Source: Basidiobolus meristosporus CBS 931.73 (taxonomy: Eukaryota; Fungi; Basidiobolomycota). From it: DNA of 64,000 nucleotides. Each line of letters opens with the position of its first letter. The stretch's first letter is position 1. The stretch is taken from assembly GCA_002104905.1 (NCBI GenBank), contig MCFE01000388.1, positions 19,075 through 83,074 of the forward strand, read 5' to 3'. A program made the translations under genes and the position numbers. The notes beneath the pieces were generated by a model. The model searched no databases. It worked only from the letters and a program-made list of their open reading frames with translations, and was not told where the DNA came from. This document shows, one piece after another, positions 51,721 through 63,839 of the stretch.

Positions 51721-54000
51721 TTCATTAAACATGTGATTGCACTCCAAATCAGAAATATTTGCATATATCTCTAACCATAACACCAGAACTTTGTTAGTTC
51801 TTTCACACTGACATAAAATCCTACTCTTGATCAATGTTTCTCTGAATTTCAGTTGTTCATTGACTCACCTTTCATTAAACATTCTTGTGCTATATGGTGA
51901 TTACTTTACATACCAGACTGTAGCAAAGAGCTGCTCATTATCTTGGTGAAAGTAATTCTTACTTCCACAATAATATCCCTGTATAAAAATAAAATGTTCC
52001 TAAACAGTTGTCCATAGTTTCAGTACATCAGCATCATCTATTTGATTGATGCAATACCAAATGATATCAAGATCCCATGGGGTAGCGGGGATTAGTCAGC
52101 AGTTGCTGGTTCTTCATGCACTGCCCAACTTGGACATCCTGGGTATTGAGGAGTTGTCAAAGGCAACTGGCATTATAAATATCATTTGACAATCCATCAA
52201 AACAACTCAGAGTCCATTACAAGCTGCATTTTGGTGACTACCATATACAGTAAATCCTTGACATACCTCAACTGCTCCAGTCTTTCTTCACACATGTCTC
52301 AATCAGGTCAAGGCAACTACTCCTCAAATTACTCCAACCTCCTGGCCCAAGCCTACAAATTGGTATTAGTGTCTTGATCTATTTCTTATAAATTGGCATT
52401 CTGTGGATTAATTAGCTCCAAAGTACAGCATGCAAGGATGATCCTTTGAATCACCAACATACCTGTTGTGGTTTCCTCAAAGTGAGCAATGGATGAGGAT
52501 CTAACTACAGTTGAGCAAAAGTCAGTGATACACTTTCCCCACAACATCTGAGTATTTGTTGCTCAGGAGCAACCACAAATACTGCTATGAGATCTTGATA
52601 TATGATCCAAACAAGCGTATAATTTCAGATTTATGCAAATGTGTTAAATACCTAATTCTTAGCCAAAATGAAGACATAACTTGTTACTGTGCAAAAATTC
52701 GGAATTCCACCTAAAGATTTACCTAACTTAGCCACTTAGATCATTACCTTCAAATCCTAGAGAATACTGACCAAAATCCTTGTCAGGATTTACTTGGAAT
52801 ATTTACCCAGAGCATAAAAATTCTCAAAGTTGTCCAAACAGCCCCAAACTTTGCACACACTTCTTGGGACCTTTCTAAACTTATTCTATGTGTTTGTTAT
52901 GCTAAGATCATGTAGAAGTATAAGTACTACTTTTACATTCTATATGTCATTAAGTGAAAACCATGTTATCTACTTGCTCTCCCAATCACTCCCAATATCT
53001 CCAAGACTCTTACAACAGAAACTAGATCAGAATTGTCAAATTCTGAATTTTACTGAGACATAATCTTAATTTCATTAAGACACACTAAACCAAAAGGTTA
53101 GGTAAGCTATATATATACTTTTTGATTGAGTTGAATTAATAAGCCCCTAGAGACTGGATTAATTGGAATCAATTTGGGTAATTGCTAAGTGGTTGGTTTG
53201 ATCTCAGATGACTAATCACCTGGAAAGGCTTGGCAGATTAGTAGATAATGTAATGACCACACAAAAACTGATCAGGTGTGACAGCTAAAAGTAGATTCTG
53301 AGATGGGATAAAATAAACTATAACTGGGATCAGTTATGTTTGGGTTAGGGAAAATCAGTTAGGGTTCTAGTTTTCTAACTTGGCAGAAATAGCTAAGTTT
53401 TAAATGTTTATGCACAACACAAGTATTACCTACTTCAAGCTTGATTAGACCAGAAGCCAACAACTCTATACAATTACAGAAGGCCATGATGTTGTCAAAA
53501 TTCTTGAGCTCAATAATGCAATAACTCAGTAGTTCTTTTAGTTCCTCATATCAGTCCTATATGCTACAGAAGTGTGCCAAACTGGGGCTTTTGAATGGGA
53601 TCCAGCATAGCATTTATACATTAACTGGCAACATTGGATGGGCATATTGACCAACATGCTAAAAGAGTGTAGATGGATAGTGGCAACATGGTCATCCTAT
53701 CAGCTTGTGTTGCTCCAATGGCTAAACTTCATGGAGTGATGGCGGTGTGCTATGTTTCATATTATAATAAGCTATTTCCAATCACTTTATACACTACTGA
53801 TTAAGCACGTTGGAAGTGCACACTGCTGATAATGTTATAAGAGCTCTGGGAATATTGGAAGTGGATGGGAAACATGAGTAGAATACATGGTTCACATTCA
53901 ATGATTTGTTGAATGTAAAATGATACTTATACTTCTACAGGGTCTTGGCAAAACAGCACGTAGAATATGTTTAGAAAGGACCCAAGAACATGTATGCAAA
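51721..54000. other. AT-rich, strongly CpG-depleted block (probable methylation-decayed repeat relic)
   Basis: About six CG dinucleotides in about 2.3 kb by manual count; no recognisable ORF. Confidence 0.6.
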
Positions 54001-54555
54001 GTTTGCGGCTGTTTGGACAACCTATCAATATTTCATGTTCTGGGTACCTGATGTTTTGGTGAAATTATTCTAAGTATATCCCAACAAGGAATTTAGCCAG
54101 AATTCTCTAAGATTTGTAAATGATGATCTAAGAGACCAAGTTAAGTGAATATTTCGGTGTGATTACAAAACTTACAATAGATGATAGAACAGCGGTTGAT
54201 TAACATGAGTACTTTAGTCAAGGAGAAATATACAACAATCCTTTGTAGCACTATTACACCACAATAAAAGTATGCATATATTGCGTATACATTCATTGCT
54301 ATGGCACAGTACAGTACATCCCATTATGTTAACCCCCACCGGAGAAAATACAGAAGTACAATACTGCAATAAGCCAGAGGTGTTATTTCTTTTCGGCACT
54401 CTATGGCATTCAATAGATTTACCATCGTCAGATGCAATAAATCGTTTATCATGGTTGAAGCTCAAATGTAGCGCAGTATTCCGAGTTAGAATTGATACTG
54501 AACAAGTACAAGAGTTTATTGAATGTCTATCTACTTTATACACTGATATAGCCCT

Positions 54556-55283
54556 CTAGAGACTTGAGAACACCTTGATGGCATCCTCGGCGGTGGATCT
54601 TGCGCTTGCTGGGTTAGCTCCGGTGACAACTCGGCCGTCAGTTTGCGTGAAATCGGCAAATGGAGTAGGAGGTGCCACGTACTCGGCCCCAACGGCAGCC
54701 GCTCCTTCTTCGATTGTAGCCACATTGGCTGACTTGATAATGTCAAGCAGGCTCAACATCACCTCACCCTCGGTGGTGAACCCGGTGACCTTCTTGCCAG
54801 CGATGATGGATTTGCCTGTGGTGCTGTCAATGATGCCAGGGAGAATGGCTGGCCCATGGCACACGGCTGAAACAACCCCTCCACGCTTGTATATGTCCTC
54901 GGCAATATGCTGCAGGCCACGAGCCGTAGGGTAATCCCACAAGGTCGCGTGCCGGCAGAAGCAAAGAATAGGCCATAGTCGGCAGGGTTGAGGTCCGACG
55001 CCTTGCGAAGCTGTGAGTTCAGTTTGACATTGAAAGGATGCTCTGGATCGTCTAGCACTTTTTGGTCATCCTCGGTGAGAAAGTCTTCGACAATGGAGTG
55101 CTCGTCCACTCCGTAAGTGCCAGTCTCGGAGGCGAAGTCGACCTCGAACCCGGCCTCGACCAGTGCTTCGTATGGATGCAACGCTTCCGTATAGAAGAGC
55201 CCAGTCTTGCTGCCATTGGCGTAGAAGGGCTCGTTATAGCTGGTGATGGCAAGTAGTGCTCTGCGTGGAAGATTGGCTGGCAT
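54556..55283 (-). pseudogene. DJ-1/PfpI (Hsp31-like glyoxalase III), frameshifted copy
   Basis: Near-identical to 62056-62784, but GTGCCGGC replaces GTGCCCGGC at about 54952. The gene is split into two ORFs, leaving the AVCHG nucleophile out of frame. Confidence 0.75.
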
Positions 55284-56203
55284 TGTTGTGTTGTGCTGAA
55301 TACCTACCTGAACCCATTGTGTCGCTTTTTTTATACTGGGTTCTTGCAGTTGGATGACAAATGCTTGGAAATTTCTGGTTAATTTCCAAGATTTTCACCT
55401 GACGCGTAACTCATTTGGCAATCGAGTTATCAATCCATTTATAGTCAGGGATGGTGTTGCTCCGAACGCATGCTGATAAATGGCATAAATAGCGGGTGGC
55501 AGTAACAATAAGTAGCGATTAAACAGACGTGAGAATACGGATGATATGACACTTTTGTGCTAACCATATTAAGTTATCTACACCACTTCAACGGGTATTT
55601 TTATTAATCTAATCGGGAATTATGTTCCACCGTAGAATTCAGGGATAGTGAAGCCACTCTAGTGCAGTAATTTATGCTCACTGGACTATATCATTGGCCA
55701 AGTAGACGAGAAACACAAGCTGGTAAAATGCAAAATACCTGTTGAACCCTAATGCGAGATACCCAGATCGGGCCAGTATAAAATAGAATTTCACACTTTC
55801 GGGTTTCTAACACTATCGAGCGCTGTTGCTAGGAATTAAGGCCTGTGTGATATTACAAGACCCACATTTATTTTCAAGCTCACCACCGTTTAGTATATGA
55901 TCATTACCATGCAGCTTTGGCTTTGGTTTGAACATACACTCTTGAGCCTCGCTACATCATATATTTGCGCTAAAATTTTGTTATGAAACCCAAGTCAAAC
56001 CTGTCATCGTTTTGGTGTACTAAGACCTTCCTTCATTTTGAGCGTAGAACCTGCTTTTAAGCTCACTTCTTGTTTTACTTGCAGTTATAAATTTCCATCT
56101 TTTAGCATTCATGCAGGCGAGATTATGGGCTAACATACCTATATGTGTTTCGATCACCTGCACATTCTGGTCAGGTTTAAGAGTGCATCGATGGCTTGCA
56201 ACT

Positions 56204-56276
56204 GGGGCGTTGGCCTAATGGATAAGGCATCAGACTTCGGATCTGGGGATTGTGGGTTCGAGTCCCATGCGCCTCG
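56204..56276 (+). tRNA. tRNA-Arg(TCG)
   Basis: GGGGCGT/GCGCCTC acceptor, D arm GCCTAATGGATAAGGC, anticodon arm TCAGA-CTTCGGA-TCTGG, T arm GTGGG-TTCGAGT-CCCAT. Confidence 0.88.
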
Positions 56277-57262
56277 TGAATATTTTGTAACCTTCATGAA
56301 ATACCAGTCCTGCTCTAACGCTCAGCAATAGCTTTGCGAGTTTGTTTTCACCTCTTTGTTTACTGAGAATGTTTATAGCGATATACATGGTAAAATGATG
56401 GATCTCATTCGATCTCTGTCAAAAGTGTAGTTCTTGTAGAGGGTTTGAAATCATGATCTCACCGAAGATAATGACTGAACCTTTCAAAAGGGGTTTGTAT
56501 TCTCAAAGAGCTCAAAAACAGCGATAAGTTCTGGCAGACCGGGCTTTGACAAACATCCAGGCATAATTGGGATGAGGTGGTTCTCTGAAATTGTTGGATG
56601 GTGGCAATTACTTTGTCAGAATGTTGTGCACGCTATATAATGAACGGTTAAGCACAGGCCTGACTACAGAAGCTATGCATATACAGCATTCCCAAACTAA
56701 ACCTGATCCATTTAATGCAGTTACATTAGGATGTTAACAAACTCAATATGGAGTACAAGTAGAATGTGCAAGATCACGTAGTTTGAGTTGGTCTACAATA
56801 CTTGGAGTTTATATGGATTCTAGAGGTTATCAGTTTCAAAGCATAAAGCCTGGACCTTACTAAAACTTAAAGAGCAGATTGAATTGGTATTTTGGTGGTT
56901 TGGAAGCTAAGCTTGAGAGTGGTTTATTTTTGTTACATGCTTAAAAGAATAATGTCCTTTAAAAAGAATGGAATTAGATAACATGTATGTTATCTTATAG
57001 ATTTGATGGGGTAGTGTAAGAATATCTCTTAAAAGGTTAGGATGGTGACCTGTAGAAATATGTTCAAAATAATACTTGTTTCTACTGCTCTTCTTACTTC
57101 TAACTAAACTTCGACTCTATTTGATTGGTATTTATACCTTATTGTGAGTCTAGTGATTTGTCTTATTTTGCTTTTCCCTGGCTACTAAGTCATCTTTGTA
57201 TGCGTTGATATCACTTAATATTGGGTGACTCGTTACTCTGTAATAATAACAATTTATACGGG

Positions 57263-57334
57263 GGCTCAATGGTCTAGTAGTATGATTCCTCGTTCGGGTC
57301 GAGGAGGTCCCGGGTTCAATTCCCGGTTGAGCCC
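57263..57334 (+). tRNA. tRNA-Pro(CGG), copy D
   Basis: Identical 72-nt sequence; upstream flank unrelated to copies B and C. Confidence 0.9.
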
Positions 57335-57989
57335 GTTTTGCTACACAAGTACAAGTATGCATTTATCAGTCGATGTTTTTATACATGGACTTATGATAAT
57401 TCCCCAACCCTCCCAAAATCAGTGACTTCCCACTAACAAAAACTCCTGACAAATAAGCGATGCCTTTCCCGGAAAACGTCGGATCATGTGCACATGCCAC
57501 GGTGATTAGGTATCTTACGGCCAAGTCACTGCCATGATAGCTAACATAGTTATCCAAGTGCTCTAGATGGCAAGTCAACAATTAGGAACCAACTACCAGC
57601 AACCATTCATTTGGTCTGTGGGAAATTGTGCCGAAGCGTTGACCATATCTCTATTCTCCACCAACTACAAAGATAAATAGCCAAGGAAACCGGTTCCATA
57701 ATAGTCCGCAATGCAACCCAATCCATAGTGGAGCTACATAATAGGTGCTCTGCTGTAAGAGAGCCCCATGAACCATACTTCTGCGATATAATATGGCTTT
57801 AGGGCTACTGTTGTGCATACCCAGAAGGAGGGGAATTGATCCAAAATCCAAGTGAAAAGCCAGCATGCTTGTGAAAGATGGATGAGCTAAAAAAGAAATC
57901 CCTCAACGGGACGGAGTTCGCAACCACAATCCTGGATCAACCCATTCTCCGCGGCCCGACATTCTTTTCACTTCACCCAGCCAACCATC

Positions 57990-58073
57990 ATGTTGACCAA
58001 GCCACGGGATTTCTTCTTCGGTGCGGACAACTGCTTGTACCCGCCGGCGCTCGGAGTATACGATGAGGTGTGA
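57990..58073 (+). pseudogene. SDT1 exon-1 relic
   Basis: MLTKPRDFFFGADNCLYPPALGVYDEV* versus MLGAKLHFTKPGVFFFDVDNCLYSPALGIYDMMCT: 18-nt deletion, catalytic Asp to Gly, premature TGA. Confidence 0.85.
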
Positions 58074-58793
58074 ATCAGGTTCGGCCCATGATTCTTTTTT
58101 ACCCCGAAGGAAGACAGGCCAATCATAATCCACAAGCAAAGTTCCGGAATAATCTGCAATGTATATCTATGATTACCAACGTATATTTCAAGCTGATGCT
58201 AAGCAACCTGGGCGTATTTACAGTATTTAATCGCCTTATCCACTTTAGTTTTGGGCCTGAATATTAAAGTCAACTATATATCCTCAAATCCATCTTTAAA
58301 TTAAGAGACTATGTAAGTATCAGATTCTGCATGTTGCCGCTACAGGCCATTGTTCACGCAAATGCTCCCAGTCTCTCTTTTGCTGTTTCCACTATTGAGC
58401 AGTTTGTAGGTCTGAAGGCAAGCATGTGCAAGCCTGGGTTTTCTAATTAAATTTACCAGGTCATTGGACATCTATTAATAAAATTGATGCGAGCTTTGTC
58501 CCTACATGGTAACATTCTTATGAACCCAATATTGCATGGAACCCCCACTTCGCTATCAGCTTCTGTATCACTGGTTTAAGAAGATTCAGGCTGGTATGAT
58601 AAATTGCCTTCGCTTGTGTCAGAGTCACTATCATTTGCCAGAGCTTCCTCATTGATATTGATATTTTGCGATGGGTCCATCGCGGGTAACCCAAATACGT
58701 TTCTAGACATTATTTGAGCATTTTCTATCAAGTGAGGTTTTATTCGTATAGCATGAATATATGCCAGTCGATTGGCGGTTACATGCTTAAAGA

Positions 58794-60035
58794 TCAACTG
58801 GACAGCTTCTCCAGCAGCCAGTCAAATGTCACCTGTGCCAACCGTGATCCCGCACCAATATGACAATGCAAGCTGCCTCCTTCTTCTTGTGTTATCGTGA
58901 TGAGACCTTTTTCACACTGCAACTTCTTATAGATCTCTTCCGGCTGACCCTTAAGGAAGTGGTCATCCGGGGCATCCAGGACAAGCGTCGGGGTCTTGAC
59001 CTGGTCTATTATGGCCTCCATTGTGTACTTCTGTGCCCGACGAATCGCCTCCACTTCCGAATCTACTCCAAACACCCATTTCGCGTTGGACAAAGCCCAC
59101 TTGGTCCCTGTATTTTCCTGTTGCATTTTGCGAATAAAAGCGTTGACTTCGTCATCCCACTCATTGCTAATGAGGAAATTCCCGATCTGCGGGCCGCCAT
59201 CCTGGGAGTTATCCATGTCCATGCCCTTGCGAAAAACGCTGCCAAAATCGAACACACCGTCGTTGAGTACGACTGCAGCGAGGCGGTGCTCAAATGCGCT
59301 GGCGCGAGCAGCAAGGTACCCACCCATACTGATGCCAATTAGGGCAATCTTATTCTTCTCGACGAATGGCTGAGCGAGGCAGTAGTCAACGACGGGGGTG
59401 ACAACCTTTTCCCAATCTGGACGGAAGAGGAGCTTTTGGTGACGGACAGCACTTCCTTGGCCCGGGCCATCGAAGGCGAGTACATTCATGCCGAGCTCGA
59501 GGGCGGTGGCGCCAACAGAGTAGCTGACTTCTTCCATGGTCGAATCAAACCCTCCATTGACAATAATGAGTGGTCTAAGAGTGTCGCTGTTGTCTGGACG
59601 CATCAAGATACCAGGTAGCGTTGTTCCCTCATACGGTATCTTCACCTTCTCCGTCACATGCCGCATCAGCCTTGTCGCCTTGTAAAACATCTCGGAGCTT
59701 AAATCCGCCAACTTGTTGCTTAGGTCATCCTCCCACGGATTATCACGACGATAAAACTCAGCGGTGCGATAATAATTTGATGCGCGAAGAAACGCCTCTC
59801 TTGCGGCGGGGGTGTTGCCCTTGGTAAGACTAGTATTCGCATTTGCCACGGCACGGTCAGCAGCTGTCTGCCATTCGAGTAGCCAGCAGTCTGTGTCACC
59901 AGCAGGTATGCGTGAGCAAATTTGGATGACTTCGCCAATATCTGCTCCACCACAGTTGGCATACGCGGCTGCGCGAAGGGCCTCGAATCCAAAGGACTCG
60001 TCTTCAGGAAAGAGGAATTTAAGTAGATGCGCCAT
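58794..60035 (-). CDS. Alpha/beta-fold hydrolase (2,6-dihydropseudooxynicotine hydrolase / FrsA-like esterase group), intronless
   Basis: FGFEALRAAAY..GGADIGEV; AFLRASNYYRTAEF; IPYEGTTLPG; NGGFDSTMEE; FDGPGQG; nucleophile GISMGGYLA; DAPDDHF; HCHIG. Confidence 0.85.
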   Translation of the reverse strand: MAHLLKFLFPEDESFGFEALRAAAYANCGGADIGEVIQICSRIPAGDTDCWLLEWQTAADRAVANANTSLTKGNTPAAREAFLRASNYYRTAEFYRRDNPWEDDLSNKLADLSSEMFYKATRLMRHVTEKVKIPYEGTTLPGILMRPDNSDTLRPLIIVNGGFDSTMEEVSYSVGATALELGMNVLAFDGPGQGSAVRHQKLLFRPDWEKVVTPVVDYCLAQPFVEKNKIALIGISMGGYLAARASAFEHRLAAVVLNDGVFDFGSVFRKGMDMDNSQDGGPQIGNFLISNEWDDEVNAFIRKMQQENTGTKWALSNAKWVFGVDSEVEAIRRAQKYTMEAIIDQVKTPTLVLDAPDDHFLKGQPEEIYKKLQCEKGLITITQEEGGSLHCHIGAGSRLAQVTFDWLLEKLSS

Positions 60036-61642
60036 GGTTGAGATGAAATACACTGGAATGCTACCATCGATGGCTTATTTATAGTGCATATGAGAACACT
60101 TCGCTCACAATATATTTTCTAGGGCTTCACATCTACTGCCATATTTGGCGCATTAAAGTAATCAACGGGTATTCGGCGTCAGCACAGATGCCGGTGGAGG
60201 AAATCGCTTGTTTTCCTTTTCGTATTGCGATTGATCAGAACCCTGCTCAGTCGCAGTTTGGGTTAGGGTTTGATGGCACGCCAGGTAACCAATGCATTGG
60301 ACGAGTTTTAAAACACAATCACATGCCAACAAAGCTTCCAAAATAGTAGACATTGAACCAAGTATTATGGGCAATAATGGGCAATAATGGGCAATATCCC
60401 GGGCTTTCGATAATGGAAAATCGCTGATTGGAGTTGGAATGGACAGATGTGAAAGTACGTGGTTCAGCACATTGTTAAACTTGAGAACGATAAATATTGC
60501 GGACACGTGAAGGAAATAAGGCTGACCATGCGATTTCCAATATACGGAATAATAATGACAAAGTAGTTGGTGAGGATGGTCGATCCATCCTGTGAAAGCA
60601 CATCTCCTTTGATATCCTATAATATCACATTGTTTGTTACCACTGTTGGTGGTTCAGTCAATGATGGTGTCGATTCATTATAAAGGCTTGGGTCAAGTAC
60701 ACTGTTTTACAGGTGATGCATACTCTTAGCTTACCAAATAATGCGAAGACACACTTTCATTGAATTATCACCAATTCCACTATTGGTATAGCGGCGTGAA
60801 ATGTGTGTAATGGGCCGAAGTTGAACTCCAACATGGCTCACTATATATGGATAAGTGGGTTTCGTAATGCTAGCAATGAACAGAGTGGTGATCATTCAAG
60901 AAAGTAGGTGTGTTCCTGATGCCTGAGAGATCAAGCCATTGGGAGGCGCGTTACCCACAGATGAAGCAAGCATTCGCTAACCTAATAAAGAAGCCGTAAT
61001 ATATAGCATGATACATAACAACATGTATCTATTATGTCATTCTTCTAGCCTCCAGAGCACTTCCAATACTCCCTAGAGTATTGCAATATCTATGTCCATC
61101 AAATTTCTACAAGCTTATACTTTCACCTTCCAGCTCAATGTTATGCAAATTTGAAGGTATGCTAATGAGGTATGCACATAACTAGTCTTATTCAATCGCT
61201 GAAAACACTGCTGATTAAACACCTCAGAATTCACTCTTGATAAAAACGCACAAGTTACTTGACATGTCTTGAGCACTACTTTGGGAAGCTTATCCTACAT
61301 TACCAGAACCCTTTCTTCCAGAACTGTCTCTGTATAAACCTTGTAAAAGATCATAATTAGTTGTTAACATTCACAGTTTCTCAGCTCTCCACATTTGCAT
61401 AAGATTCCATTTAGATATGTCTCTCACTTCACTGCTTTCCCTTGATTCATGACAGCAGGAGAAAATGGCCTTGTAACTCGGCAGAAAGAGTGTCCGCCTC
61501 CAGAGGAGAAAGTTGTGGGCTTCACCCCCACTTGAGTCACAAATATTTTATCTAATGAGATTAGTTGAGAGGTATTTCTGGTACAGTCGAAATCATTTCA
61601 ACATCTCTGTTGGCATAAGTTATCTACCAGTTTCCTAGTATC

Positions 61643-61835
61643 TATGGGGATATATTCCAGAGAATATGGTTCCGACTGGCATTATCATTGATTTGAGTCG
61701 AGAAAAAGTATACAACAACCCTTTGTAGTACTACTACGCTACAGTAAAAGCATGCGTCTGGTCCATATACATGGAGGAGGTTTCATTGCTATGGCACAGC
61801 ACAGTACATCCCATTATTTCAACTCTCGCCAGTGA
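61643..61835 (+). pseudogene. Possible relic of a hormone-sensitive-lipase-type alpha/beta hydrolase
   Basis: VHIHGGGFIAM at 61761-61793 followed by a stop at 61833. The paralogous segment near 54290 has deleted the GGAGGAGGT core. Confidence 0.3.
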
Positions 61836-62055
61836 AAATGTGGTAGTCCAATGCTGCTATAGGTGGTCAGAAGTGTAGCCCGCTATTTCTTTTTGGTACT
61901 CTATGGCATTCAACAGGTTTAGCATTGTCAGATGCAAGAAATCGTTCATCATGGTCGAAGCTCAAATGTATTGCAGTATTGCGAGTTAGAATTGATACTG
62001 AACAAGTACAAGAATTTATTGAATGTCTATCTACTTTATACACTGATATAGCCCT

Positions 62056-62784
62056 CTAGAGGCTTGAGAACACCTTGATGGCATCCTCAGCGGTGGATCT
62101 TGCGCTTGCTGGGTTAGCTCCGGTGACAACTCGGCCGTCAGTTTGCGTGAAGTCGGCAAATGGAGTAGGTGGTGCCACGTACTCGGCCCCAACGGCAGCC
62201 GCTCCTTCTTCGATTGTAGCCACATTGGCTGACTTGATAATGTCAAGCAGGCTCAACATCACCTCACCCTCGGTGGTGAACCCGGTGACCTTCTTGCCAG
62301 CGATGATGGATTTGCCTGTGGTGCTGTCAATGATGCCAGGGAGAATGGCTGGCCCATGGCACACGGCTGAAACAACCCCTCCACGCTTGTATATGTCCTC
62401 GGCAATATGCTGCAGGCCACGAGCCGTAGGGTAATCCCACAGGGTCGCGTGCCCGGCAGAAGCAAAGAATAGGCCATAGTCGGCAGGGTTGAGGTCCGCC
62501 GCCTTGCGAAGCTGTGAGTTCAGTTTGACATTGAAAGGATGCTCTGGATCGTCTAGCACTTTTTGGTCATCCTCGGTGAGAAAGTCTTTCGACAAGGAGT
62601 GCTCATCCACTCCGTAAGTGCCAGTCTCGGAGGCGAAGTCGACCTCGAACCCGGCCTCGACCAGTGCTTCGTATGGATGCAACGCTTCCGTATAGAAGAG
62701 TCCAGTCTTGCTGCCATTGGCGTAGAAGGGCTCGTTATAGCTGGTGATGGCAAGTAGTGCTCTGCGTGGAAGATTGGCTGGCAT
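62056..62784 (-). CDS. HSP31: DJ-1/PfpI family, Hsp31-like glutathione-independent glyoxalase, intact and intronless
   Basis: TGLFYTEALHP (catalytic Glu), FFASAGHATLWDY, VSAVCHGPA (Cys-His), GKKVTGFT, GRVVTGANPASA. Confidence 0.92.
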   Translation of the reverse strand: MPANLPRRALLAITSYNEPFYANGSKTGLFYTEALHPYEALVEAGFEVDFASETGTYGVDEHSLSKDFLTEDDQKVLDDPEHPFNVKLNSQLRKAADLNPADYGLFFASAGHATLWDYPTARGLQHIAEDIYKRGGVVSAVCHGPAILPGIIDSTTGKSIIAGKKVTGFTTEGEVMLSLLDIIKSANVATIEEGAAAVGAEYVAPPTPFADFTQTDGRVVTGANPASARSTAEDAIKVFSSL

Positions 62785-63766
62785 TGTTGTGTTGTGCTGA
62801 ATACCTACCTGAACCCATTGTGTCGCTTTTTTTATACTGGGTTCTTGCAGTTGGATGACAAATGCTTGGAAATTTCTGGTTAATTTTCAAGATTTTCACC
62901 TGACGCGTAACTCATTTGGCAATCGAGTTATCAATCCATTTATAGTCAGGGATGATGTTGCTCTGAACGCATGCTGATAATTGGCATAAATAGCGGGTAG
63001 CAGTAACAATAAGTAGCGATTAAACAGACGTGAGAATACGGATGATATGACACTTTTGTGCTAACCATATTAAGTTATCTACACCACTTCAACGGGTATT
63101 TTTATTAATCTAATCGGGAATTATGTTCCACCGTAGAATTCAGGGGTAGTGAAGCCACTCTAGTGCTGTAATTTATGCTCACTGGACTATATCATTGGCC
63201 AAGTAGACGAGAAACACAAGCTGGTAAAATGCAAAATACCTGTTGAACCCTAATGCGAGATACCCAGATCGGGCCAGTATAAAATAGAATTCCACCCTTT
63301 CGCAACAAATGCTGCATTATTGGTCATCAACATCCATCAAAAGGTATTTCTTCTACGCACTTTCGGGTTTCTAACACTATCGAGCGCTGTTGCTAGGAAT
63401 TAAGACCTATGTGATATTACAAGACCCACATTTATTTTCAAGCTCACCACCGTTTAGTATATGATCATTACCATACAGCTTTGGCTTTGATTTGAGCATG
63501 TACTCTTGAGCCTCGCTACTCCATATATTTGCGCTAAAATTTTGTTATGAAACCCAAGTCAATCCCGGCATCGTTTTGGTGTACCAAGACCTTCCTTCAT
63601 TTTGAGCGTAGAACCTGATTTTAGCTCACTTCTTGTTTTACTTGCAGTTATAAATTTCCATCTTTTAGCATTCATGCAGGCGAGATTATGGGCTAACATA
63701 CCTATATGTGTTTCGATCACCTGCACATTTTGGTCAGGTTTAAGAGTGCATCGATGGCTTGCAACT

Positions 63767-63839
63767 GGGGCGTTGGCCTAATGGATAAGGCATCAGACTT
63801 CGGATCTGGGGATTGTGGGTTCGAGTCCCATGCGCCTCG
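63767..63839 (+). tRNA. tRNA-Arg(TCG), second copy
   Basis: Identical to 56204-56276. Confidence 0.88.

Larger units (their letters stand above)
54215..56437 (+). repeat. Direct segmental duplication, copy 1 (DJ-1 + tRNA-Arg)
   Basis: Colinear with 61695-64000. Highly similar from about 54480 onward and clearly more diverged to the left; lacks a ~60-bp segment present at about 63295-63355. Confidence 0.92.
57263..58125 (+). repeat. Copy D: tRNA-Pro + diverged spacer + 168-bp core (57481-57648) + diverged SDT1 promoter, exon 1 and start of intron 1
   Basis: Colinear with about 14328-15250. tRNA identical, core has two substitutions, and the remainder is visibly diverged with indels. Confidence 0.88.

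Noticed and set aside
51600-52420. A long minus-strand frame with scattered TGA stops, or a Copia-like LGHPG motif on plus, as a decayed gene
   Set aside because: Stop density is close to random for this AT content and no further domain motifs could be recognised.
60368-60396. (TGGGCAATAA)x3 and other short microsatellites (7671, 7990, 10325, 29490)
   Set aside because: Ordinary simple repeats with no associated structure.
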